From contig NC_009664.2 of the NCBI RefSeq assembly GCF_000017305.1, positions 2,640,001 to 2,672,000 of the forward strand: a stretch of 32,000 bases of DNA. Direction: 5' to 3'. A program made the translations under genes and the position numbers. Origin of the DNA: Kineococcus radiotolerans SRS30216 = ATCC BAA-149. Lineage in GTDB: Bacteria; Actinomycetota; Actinomycetes; Actinomycetales; Kineococcaceae. Below the pieces are notes generated by a model that worked only from the letters and a program-made list of their open reading frames with translations, was not told where the DNA came from and searched no databases. Positions 25,298-32,000 of the stretch are shown piece after piece; the first letter of the stretch is position 1; every line of letters starts with the position of its first letter.

Positions 25298-25318
25298 GTT
25301 GAGCGGAACAAGCTCAAG
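25298..25318. promoter_or_regulatory. HAIR (HspR operator) upstream of clpB
   Basis: GTTGAGC-GGAACAA-GCTCAAG compared with CTTGAGT-N7-ACTCAAG, 56 nt upstream of the clpB GTG. Confidence 0.7.
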
Positions 25319-25373
25319 TCTGGCAGAGTTGTACCCAGCGAACGTCACACCCCTCACGCACCGGAGGTAGTCC

Positions 25374-28010
25374 GTGGACCTCAAGCTCACCACCCGCGCC
25401 CAGGAGGCCCTGGCCGACGCCGTCGGGCGCGCCACGTCCGCCGGGCACGCGCAGGTCGAACCCCTCCACGTCCTCGCCGCCCTGCTCGGGCAGGACAACG
25501 GCGTCGCCGGTCACCTGCTCGCCGCCCTCGGGGCCGACCAGGCCCTCCTCACCCGCCGGATCGACGGCGCGCTCTCCTCGCTGCCCAGCGCCTCCGGCTC
25601 CAACGTCAGCCAGCCCCAGCTCTCCCGCCCCGCCCTGCAGCTCATGCAGGCCGCCGGGGACGAGGCCCGCGCCCTCGACGACGCCTACGTCTCCACCGAG
25701 CACCTGCTCCTCGGGGCCGCCGCCTCCCCCTCCGCCGCCGGCGAGGCCCTGCGCGCCGTCGGCGCCACCCGCGACGCCCTCCTCGACTCCCTGCCCACCG
25801 TGCGCGGCGGCGCCAAGGTCACCTCCCCCGACCCCGAGGGCACCTACCGGTCGCTGGAGAAGTACGGCGTCGACCTCACCGAGCAGGCCCGCCAGGGCCG
25901 CCTCGACCCCGTCATCGGCCGCGACGCCGAGATCCGCCGCGTCGTGCAGGTGCTCTCGCGGCGCACCAAGAACAACCCCGTCCTCATCGGGGAACCCGGC
26001 GTCGGCAAGACCGCCGTCGTCGAGGGCCTCGCCCAGCGCATCGTCGCCGGCGACGTCCCCGAGTCCCTGCGCGGCAAGCGGCTGATCTCCCTCGACCTCG
26101 CCAGCATGGTCGCCGGGGCGAAGTACCGCGGCGAGTTCGAGGAACGCCTCAAGGCCGTCCTGCAGGAGATCCAGGACTCCGACGGGCAGGTCGTCACCTT
26201 CATCGACGAGCTGCACACCGTCGTCGGCGCCGGCGCCGGCGAAGGCGCCATGGACGCGGGCAACATGCTCAAGCCCATGCTCGCCCGCGGCCAGCTCCGC
26301 CTCGTCGGGGCGACCACCCTCGACGAGTACCGCGAGCGCATCGAGAAGGACCCCGCCCTCGAACGCCGCTTCCAGCAGGTCTTCGTCGGTGAACCCTCGG
26401 TGCCCGACACCATCGGCATCCTGCGCGGGCTGCGCGAGCGCTACGAGGCCCACCACAAGGTCGCGATCTCCGACGCCGCCCTCGTCGCCGCCGCGACCCT
26501 GTCCGACCGCTACATCAGCGGCCGGCAGCTGCCCGACAAGGCCATCGACCTCGTCGACGAGGCCGCGTCCCGGCTGCGCATGGAGATCGACTCCTCGCCC
26601 GTCGAGATCGACGAGCTCCGCCGCGCCGTGGACCGGATGAGGATGGAGGAGCTCGCCCTCAGCAAGGAGGAGGACGCCGCCAGCCGCAACCGCCTGGAGA
26701 CCCTGCGCGCCCAGCTCGCCGACAAGCAGGAGCAGCTCACCGCCCTCACCGCGCGCTGGGAGCAGGAGAAGGCCGGCCTCAACCGGGTCGGCGACCTCAA
26801 GCACCAGGTCGACGAGCTGCGCTCGCAGGCCGAGCGCCTGCAGCGCGAGGGCGACCTCGGGCGGGCCAGCGAGATCCTCTACGGCCGCATCCCCGCGCTG
26901 GAGGCGGAACTGCGCCAGGCCCAGGCCGCCGAGCAGGACGCCCCCGCCCAGGCCCCGATGGTCGCCGACGAGGTCGGCCCCGACGACATCGCCGAGGTCA
27001 TCGCCGGCTGGACGGGCATCCCCGCCGGCCGGATCCTCGAGGGCGAGACCGAGAAGCTGCTGCGCATGGAGGAGTTCCTCGGCGCCCGCCTCATCGGCCA
27101 GACCACCGCGGTGCAGGCGGTCTCCGACGCCGTCCGGCGCTCGCGGGCCGGGGTCAACGACCCCGACCGCCCCACCGGCTCGTTCCTCTTCCTCGGCCCC
27201 ACCGGCGTCGGCAAGACGGAACTCGCGAAGGCGCTCGCGGACTTCCTCTTCGACGACGAGCGGGCCATGGTCCGCATCGACATGAGCGAGTACTCCGAGA
27301 AGCACGCCGTCGCCCGCCTCGTCGGGGCCCCTCCGGGCTACGTCGGCTACGAGGAGGGCGGCCAGCTCACCGAGGCCGTCCGGCGCCGGCCCTACTCCGT
27401 CGTGCTGCTCGACGAGGTGGAGAAGGCCCACCCGGAGGTGTTCGACATCCTCCTGCAGGTCCTCGACGACGGGCGCCTGACCGACGGCCAGGGCCGCACG
27501 GTGGACTTCCGCAACGTCATCCTGGTGCTGACCTCGAACCTCGGGTCGCAGTACCTGGTCGACCCGGAGCTCTCGCAGGCCACCAAGCACGACGCCGTCA
27601 TGACCGCGGTCCGGGCGAACTTCAAGCCGGAGTTCCTCAACCGCCTCGACGACGTCGTCGTGTTCGACCCGCTGTCCACGCAGGAGCTGTCCCGGATCGT
27701 CGAGATCCAGGTGCAGCGCCTCGCCGACCGCCTCGCCGACCGCCGCTTCGTCCTCGACGTCTCCGACGCCGCGAAGGACTGGCTGGCCCTCACCGGCTAC
27801 GACCCCGCCTACGGGGCGCGGCCGCTGCGCCGGCTGGTGCAGCGCGAGATCGGCGACAAGCTCGCCCGCGCGATCCTCTCCGGGGAGGTCCGCGACGGCG
27901 ACACCGTCGAGGTCGACGTCGCCCGCGGCAGCTTCGACCTGGACGACCCGGCCTCGGCCGGGACGAACGGCCTCGTCGTCCGGCGGGCGGAGACGGCGCT
28001 GACCGTCTGA
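25374..28010 (+). CDS. clpB: ATP-dependent chaperone ClpB (Hsp100 disaggregase)
   Basis: GTG follows GGAGGTAGTCC. It has the Clp_N repeats, two AAA+ modules ([18 protein letters not shown]) and a coiled-coil middle domain. 878 aa. Confidence 0.98.
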   Translation: MDLKLTTRAQEALADAVGRATSAGHAQVEPLHVLAALLGQDNGVAGHLLAALGADQALLTRRIDGALSSLPSASGSNVSQPQLSRPALQLMQAAGDEARALDDAYVSTEHLLLGAAASPSAAGEALRAVGATRDALLDSLPTVRGGAKVTSPDPEGTYRSLEKYGVDLTEQARQGRLDPVIGRDAEIRRVVQVLSRRTKNNPVLIGEPGVGKTAVVEGLAQRIVAGDVPESLRGKRLISLDLASMVAGAKYRGEFEERLKAVLQEIQDSDGQVVTFIDELHTVVGAGAGEGAMDAGNMLKPMLARGQLRLVGATTLDEYRERIEKDPALERRFQQVFVGEPSVPDTIGILRGLRERYEAHHKVAISDAALVAAATLSDRYISGRQLPDKAIDLVDEAASRLRMEIDSSPVEIDELRRAVDRMRMEELALSKEEDAASRNRLETLRAQLADKQEQLTALTARWEQEKAGLNRVGDLKHQVDELRSQAERLQREGDLGRASEILYGRIPALEAELRQAQAAEQDAPAQAPMVADEVGPDDIAEVIAGWTGIPAGRILEGETEKLLRMEEFLGARLIGQTTAVQAVSDAVRRSRAGVNDPDRPTGSFLFLGPTGVGKTELAKALADFLFDDERAMVRIDMSEYSEKHAVARLVGAPPGYVGYEEGGQLTEAVRRRPYSVVLLDEVEKAHPEVFDILLQVLDDGRLTDGQGRTVDFRNVILVLTSNLGSQYLVDPELSQATKHDAVMTAVRANFKPEFLNRLDDVVVFDPLSTQELSRIVEIQVQRLADRLADRRFVLDVSDAAKDWLALTGYDPAYGARPLRRLVQREIGDKLARAILSGEVRDGDTVEVDVARGSFDLDDPASAGTNGLVVRRAETALTV

Positions 28011-28021
28011 GACCGGCTCCT

Positions 28022-28057
28022 GCGACGCCCACCCGCCGGCCCGCGGGTGGGCGTCGC
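28022..28057. terminator. Bidirectional perfect 15-bp stem-loop after clpB
   Basis: GCGACGCCCACCCGC, loop CGGCCC, GCGGGTGGGCGTCGC. It lies between convergent 3' ends. Confidence 0.6.
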
Positions 28058-28068
28058 GCTGCCCGGCC

Positions 28069-28524
28069 TCAGCGCGACCGCGCCACCGCCGCCGCGGCCA
28101 CCACGACCAGCCCCCGCCGCAGCACGTGGGCGCGTTCCCAGCGCGCCCGCGCCTCCCGCCAGCCGGGGGCCTCCTGCCCGGGCCGCCAGGTGCGCAACCG
28201 CTCGTTGATGGGCACGTGCACCCGCACGGTGAGGACGATCGCGCCCGCGACGGCGGCCACCGACCCCGCCCGCCACGCCGCGCCCGCCGGGTCCGGGCGG
28301 ACCCGGGCCACGGCCGCGGCGGCGCCGGTGGCCATCGCGGCGACCGACAGGGCGGGGGCGAGGCGGCGCATGACGGCGTCGGCGCGCTGCTGGTGGTGCA
28401 CGTAGTCGTCGAAACCCATCGCCCGGCGGCGCCGGCCGAAGGGTTCGGGGACGATCGCCAGCGCCAGCGCGGCGGTGCAGGCGTCGTGGACGCGGGACAG
28501 GGCGGCGGTGGACGGGAGGTTCAC
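28069..28524 (-). CDS. DUF1772 (anthrone oxygenase-like) membrane protein
   Basis: GTG 28524. 151 aa with TM segments and a C-terminal VPINERLRTW...WREARARWERAHVLR pattern typical of DUF1772. The upstream part of the track ORF is low-complexity. Confidence 0.55.
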   Translation of the reverse strand: MNLPSTAALSRVHDACTAALALAIVPEPFGRRRRAMGFDDYVHHQQRADAVMRRLAPALSVAAMATGAAAAVARVRPDPAGAAWRAGSVAAVAGAIVLTVRVHVPINERLRTWRPGQEAPGWREARARWERAHVLRRGLVVVAAAAVARSR

Positions 28525-28593
28525 GCCCCGATCCTGGCGCACGGGCCGGGAAACGGCTGGTGCGGTGGCGGCCGGGACTGCGACGGTGGCGGG

Positions 28594-29453
28594 GTGCACG
28601 GGTCCGGGGGGAACCGACGGCGCTGGGCCGACCTGCCCGCGCCCGTCCACGACGCCGTCACGGAGGTCCTCGGCTCCCCGGCGGTGCGCGCGGTCTCGCA
28701 GTCGGGGGGTTTCTCCCCCGGAGCGGCCGAGCGGGTCGTCGCCGCCGACGGGACGCGGGCCTTCGTCAAGGCGGTGAGCGCCGCGCAGAACCCCGAGTCC
28801 CCCCGGCTGCAGGAGCGCGAGGCGCGGATCACCGCGGCGCTGCCGGCGGGAGTCCCCGCGCCGGGGTTCCGCGGGGCGCGGTGGGTGGGGGACTGGCACG
28901 TCCTGGTCCTGGACGGGTGCCGGGGCACCAGCCGGGCCTGCCCTGGCGGGCCGGCGACCTCGGTCCCGTGGTGGCGGCGCTGGACCGGCTGGTGGCGGTG
29001 GGGACGCCCTGCCCCGTCCCGGACCTGCCGACGGCGCGGGAAGCCCTCGCCGGGGAACTGCCGGAGCCCGCGCTGGACCTCCTCGACGGCGACAGCCTCG
29101 TCCACCTGGACCTGCGGGCGGACAACCTCCTGCTGACCCCCGCCGGGGCGGTCCTGGTCGACTGGCCGCACGCCTGCCGCGGACCCGCCTGGCTGGACCT
29201 GCTGACGCTGCTGGCCGAGGTCGACCGGCTGGGGGAGGAGGGTCTCGCCGAGCGCGTGCTCACCACCTCCGCGCTGACCCGCGACGTGGAGGCGGACGTG
29301 CTGACGACGGTGCTCGACGGGTTCCGCGCGTTCTTCCTCCACCGGGCCGCGCAGCCCGTCCCGCCGGGGTTGCCGACGCTGCGGGAGTTCCAGCGCGTCC
29401 AGGGCGAGGCGCTGGCGCGCTGGGTGGCCCGGCGGCGGGCACCCGCGCGCTGA
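28594..29453 (+). pseudogene. APH-family phosphotransferase interrupted by a frameshift near 28915 (pseudogene or sequence error)
   Basis: The N-lobe (GGFSPGAAERVV..TRAFVKAV..EARITAAL..WHVLVLD) is in the frame of ORF 28126..29136. The C-lobe (VPGHQPGLPW...LVHLDLRADNLLL..VLVDWPHA) is in the frame of ORF 28560..29453. The switch occurs at GACGGGTG. Confidence 0.65.
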
Positions 29454-29468
29454 GGACGCGGCCGGGGG

Positions 29469-30263
29469 TCAGCCGCGGCCGGCGCGTTCGACGATCTCGG
29501 TGGCGATGTCGCGCAGCTTGCGGTTGGTGTGCTGGGACTGCTTCGCCAGGTGCGCGAACGCCTCCTCCGGGCTGCAGCGCAAGCTCGCCACCAGCACCCC
29601 CTTGGCCTGCTCGATCACCGCCCGGGACTGCATCGCGACCTGCAGGTTGCCGTTGAGCGCCATCGAGGAGGCGTAGAGGGAGTGGTTCGCCAACGCGACC
29701 GCGGCGTAGGCGGCGAAGGCCTGCAACGTCTTCTCCGCGTCCTCGTCCAGGACGCCCTCGTCAAAGCGGTAGACGTTGATCCCACCCAGGATCCGCTGGG
29801 GCATCGGCATGCCCACGGAGAGGCTGCTGCGCACGCCCTGACGCGCAGCGACCGCGGCGAAGTCGGGGTAGACCTCCTCCGCGCCGGTGTCGTCCACGCG
29901 GATGACCTGCCCGCTCTGCGCGGCGTCGATGCAGGGGCCGAAGCCGCCCTCGTACTGCCGTTCGTCCAGCGCGGCGGCGAGGCTGCCGGTGAAGGCCGCG
30001 GAGCGGGCGCGGTCGCCTTCCAGCAACGTCACCGACACCTCCTCCGCCCCCGGCACGCACTCCTGGGCGAGCTGGGCCACCCGGGCCAGGACCTGGCTGA
30101 GGGGGGTCTCGCCCACGACGAGCGTGCTCAGCTCGGCGAACGCGTCCTGGGGGTCCATCAGCTCCCCCGCCGGCGGTGGGGTCGCCACAGCCGGTTCGAC
30201 CGGTTCGGGCGGGGACGCGGGGGTCGGGGACGCGGGATCTGGGGACACGGGATCTGGGGACAC
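29469..30263 (-). CDS. GAF + ANTAR domain RNA-binding regulator
   Basis: GTG 30263 lies 6 nt after GGAGGA. An alternative ATG is at 30158. The GAF region is LSQVLARVAQLAQECVPGAEEVSVTLL...INVYR. The ANTAR region is NLQVAMQSRAVIEQAKGVLVASLRCSPEEAFAHLAKQSQHTNRKLRDIA. Confidence 0.85.
   Translation of the reverse strand: MSPDPVSPDPASPTPASPPEPVEPAVATPPPAGELMDPQDAFAELSTLVVGETPLSQVLARVAQLAQECVPGAEEVSVTLLEGDRARSAAFTGSLAAALDERQYEGGFGPCIDAAQSGQVIRVDDTGAEEVYPDFAAVAARQGVRSSLSVGMPMPQRILGGINVYRFDEGVLDEDAEKTLQAFAAYAAVALANHSLYASSMALNGNLQVAMQSRAVIEQAKGVLVASLRCSPEEAFAHLAKQSQHTNRKLRDIATEIVERAGRG
30211..30263 (-). repeat. 15-nt tandem repeat, about 3.5 units, encoding VSPDP/ASPTP
   Basis: GGGATCTGGGGACAC occurs at 30234-48 and 30249-63, preceded by degenerate units. 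Each perfect unit carries an in-frame GTG on the minus strand. Confidence 0.8.
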
Positions 30264-30426
30264 TGGAGCTCCTCCACACGGGGCGCGGAGCTCGACGCCC
30301 CGCAACGGTTCCCGCCGCTGCAGAAGCGGTGACGGAACCTGCGAGAGCTGTGGGTCCAACCCGGGCCGCGACGCTCTCCCCCCTGGCCGGGGGGACGGAG
30401 CGCGGCAGTGGCGCAGTGGTCCCAGC

Positions 30427-31251
30427 CTACGCGTGTTCGGCGGTTCCGGGGGTCCGGAAGGAGCGGCGGTTCTCCAGGACGGGCAGCGCGGCCCGGGCGC
30501 GGGCCACCCGCTCCAGGTCCAGGTCGACGACGAGGTGCCCGCGCTCGGCGCCCAGGGCGGCGACGACGTCGCCGAGGGGGCCGACGACCCGGCTGTGCCC
30601 GACGCCCAGCGGGGCGGTCGACCCGCCGGCGAGCTCGCCCGGGTCGGCCTGGCCGCAGGCCACGACGAACGAGGTGCAGTCCAGGGCCCGCGCCCGCGCC
30701 AGCAGCTCCCACTGCTCGACCTTGCCCGGTCCCGCCCCCCAGGAGGCGGCCACCACGACGACCTGCGCCCCCCGGTCGGCGAGGGCGGTGAACAGGTCGG
30801 GGAACCGCAGGTCGTAGCAGGTCGCGAACCCCACCCCGACGCCGTCGACGTCGACGACCACCGGGTCCGTCCCGGGTTCGACGCTCTCGGACTCGACGAA
30901 GTCGAACGCGTCGTAGAGGTGGATCTTGTCGTAGTCGGCGTGCACCCCGGCGCCGCGCACCAGCAGGGTGTTGCGCACCCGGTCCCCGCCGCCGGGGGAG
31001 AACGCCCCGGCGACGACGGTGATCCCCGCCGCGTCGGCCAGCGCCGCCAGCTCCCCGGCCCAGGGCCCGTCGACGGGTTCGGCGACCGGGCCCAGCGGCA
31101 CCCCGAAGCGGCACATCGTGGCCTCGGGCAGGACGAGGAGGCGGGCCCCCCGCCCGGCGGCGCGGGCGACCTCCTCCGCAACGAGGTCGAGGTTGGCGGC
31201 GGGGTCGTCGGTGCTGTTGATCTGGGCCAGGGCGATGCGCACGGGGGCTCC
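30427..31251 (-). CDS. Carbon-nitrogen hydrolase (nitrilase superfamily)
   Basis: The Glu-Lys-Cys triad context is LLVLPEATM, YDKIHLYD and GFATCYDLRFP. GTG 31251 lies 5 nt after GAGGAG. The track ORF start at 31287 is an alternative. Confidence 0.85.
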   Translation of the reverse strand, partial: GAPVRIALAQINSTDDPAANLDLVAEEVARAAGRGARLLVLPEATMCRFGVPLGPVAEPVDGPWAGELAALADAAGITVVAGAFSPGGGDRVRNTLLVRGAGVHADYDKIHLYDAFDFVESESVEPGTDPVVVDVDGVGVGFATCYDLRFPDLFTALADRGAQVVVVAASWGAGPGKVEQWELLARARALDCTSFVVACGQADPGELAGGSTAPLGVGHSRVVGPLGDVVAALGAERGHLVVDLDLERVARARAALPVLENRRSFRTPGTAEHA

Positions 31252-31279
31252 TCGGTCGTGCTCGGCGGGTGGTCCGGTG

Positions 31280-31287
31280 GTGTACAC
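31280..31287. promoter_or_regulatory. Palindrome GTGTACAC in the divergent hydrolase/GntR control region
   Basis: A perfect 8-bp palindrome with a GT..AC core, in the relatively AT-rich patch GGTGTACACATGTCGTGTG. It lies between GTG 31251 (minus strand) and GTG 31295 (plus strand). Confidence 0.3.
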
Positions 31288-31294
31288 ATGTCGT

Positions 31295-31942
31295 GTGCCA
31301 GGACGGTCGACAGGTCGGGAACGGGCTTACCAGTACCTCCGCGACGAGGTGCTCGTGGACCCCTCCGTCCAGGGCACCTTCCTCAACGAGCTGGATCTCG
31401 CGACGCGGGTCGGCGTCTCCCGGACCCCGGTGCGCGAGGCGCTGCTGCTGCTGGTCTCGGAGGGCCTGGTGGAACTGGTGCCCCAGCGGGGAGCCTACGT
31501 CCCGGTGCTCACCGGGCGGCAGGTCAGCGAGCTCATGGACCTGCGCGGCGCGTTGGAGCGGCACGCCGCCACCCGGACGGTGGCGGCGGGGACCGTCCCG
31601 TTCGCGGCCCTGGAGGAGGCGCTGGACCAGCAGCGCCTCCTCCTGGGCGGCGGGGGCGGAACGGATGCCGCCCGCCGGTTCATCGAGTGGGACCGGGTGT
31701 TCCACTCGGTTCTCGTCGACGCCGTCGGCAACGGGTTGCTGTCCTCCACCTACGCGAACCTGCGGGTGCGGCAGGTGCGCATCGGCGTTCAGGCCCTGTA
31801 CTCCGCCGCCGGCCGTCAGGAGACGGTGTGCGAGGAGCACCGGCGCATCGTCGACGCGCTGGCCGCCGGGGACGTGGCCGAGGCGCACGCGGCGATCGAC
31901 GAGCACCTGCAGGTCACGCTGCGCGTCCTGCTGGCCGCTTAG
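31295..31942 (+). CDS. GntR family transcriptional regulator (FadR/FCD subfamily)
   Basis: GTG 31295. AYQYLRDEVL..., the HTH LDLATRVGVSRTPVREALLLLVSEGLVELVPQRGAYV, and an FCD-type C-terminal domain with HRRIVDALAAGD. Confidence 0.85.
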   Translation: MPGRSTGRERAYQYLRDEVLVDPSVQGTFLNELDLATRVGVSRTPVREALLLLVSEGLVELVPQRGAYVPVLTGRQVSELMDLRGALERHAATRTVAAGTVPFAALEEALDQQRLLLGGGGGTDAARRFIEWDRVFHSVLVDAVGNGLLSSTYANLRVRQVRIGVQALYSAAGRQETVCEEHRRIVDALAAGDVAEAHAAIDEHLQVTLRVLLAA

Positions 31943-32000
31943 CCGCGTTCTCCGCCAGCAGCGCGTCGTCCTCGGCGGGGTCGGGGTCGCGCCCGAGGGC
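31914..32000 (-). CDS. Possible 3' end of a convergent CDS entering from the right edge (partial)
   Basis: The minus-strand frame ALGRDPDPAEDDALLAENAAKRPAGRAA* has G/C at nearly all third positions over its first 19 codons. It would overlap the GntR 3' end by 29 nt. Weak evidence. Confidence 0.2.
   Translation of the reverse strand, partial: ALGRDPDPAEDDALLAENAAKRPAGRAA

Overview
High-GC (about 70-75% by eye) Actinomycetota chromosomal window, gene-dense on both strands. I read about 36 protein genes, one tRNA and one riboswitch. Left to right: dcd; tRNA-Gly(CCC); a di-iron ferritin-like protein; a secreted 5'-nucleotidase/metallophosphatase; an SDR epimerase; a small stress cluster (CsbD, DUF4235, tiny TM peptide); a TPP-riboswitch-controlled ykoE-ykoD-ykoC type ECF transporter; a DUF3616-like gene divergent from an HspR/HAIR-controlled dnaK-grpE-dnaJ-hspR operon; lactonase, hemerythrin, APH-like kinase and RpiB; a GntR regulator; a small PUA/EVE-like protein; a wHTH regulator plus membrane protein; a 7TM-PAS-GGDEF cyclase; RNase Z; a CPBP protease-histidine kinase-response regulator operon; HAIR-controlled clpB; DUF1772; a frameshifted APH-like kinase; and a GntR / nitrilase-superfamily hydrolase / GAF-ANTAR locus. 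I saw no transposase, integrase, CRISPR array, rRNA, prophage or recognisable defence island, so most of the window looks like core genome. The many long Arg/Gly/Pro-rich ORFs in the track are antisense or off-frame shadows typical of high-GC DNA. The leads I rate highest are all hypotheses that need database or experimental checks. (1) The C-N hydrolase sits with a downstream GAF-ANTAR regulator behind a 163-nt structured leader, an AmiE/AmiR-like logic. (2) The DUF3616-like gene has its start codon inside an HspR operator. (3) The DnaJ in the dnaK operon has no cysteine and therefore no zinc finger. (4) A 13-mer, CTGACCCGACCCG, is fused to the TGA stop of three unrelated genes. (5) The CPBP protease is tightly coupled to a two-component system. 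(6) An APH-family kinase is translationally coupled to RpiB.
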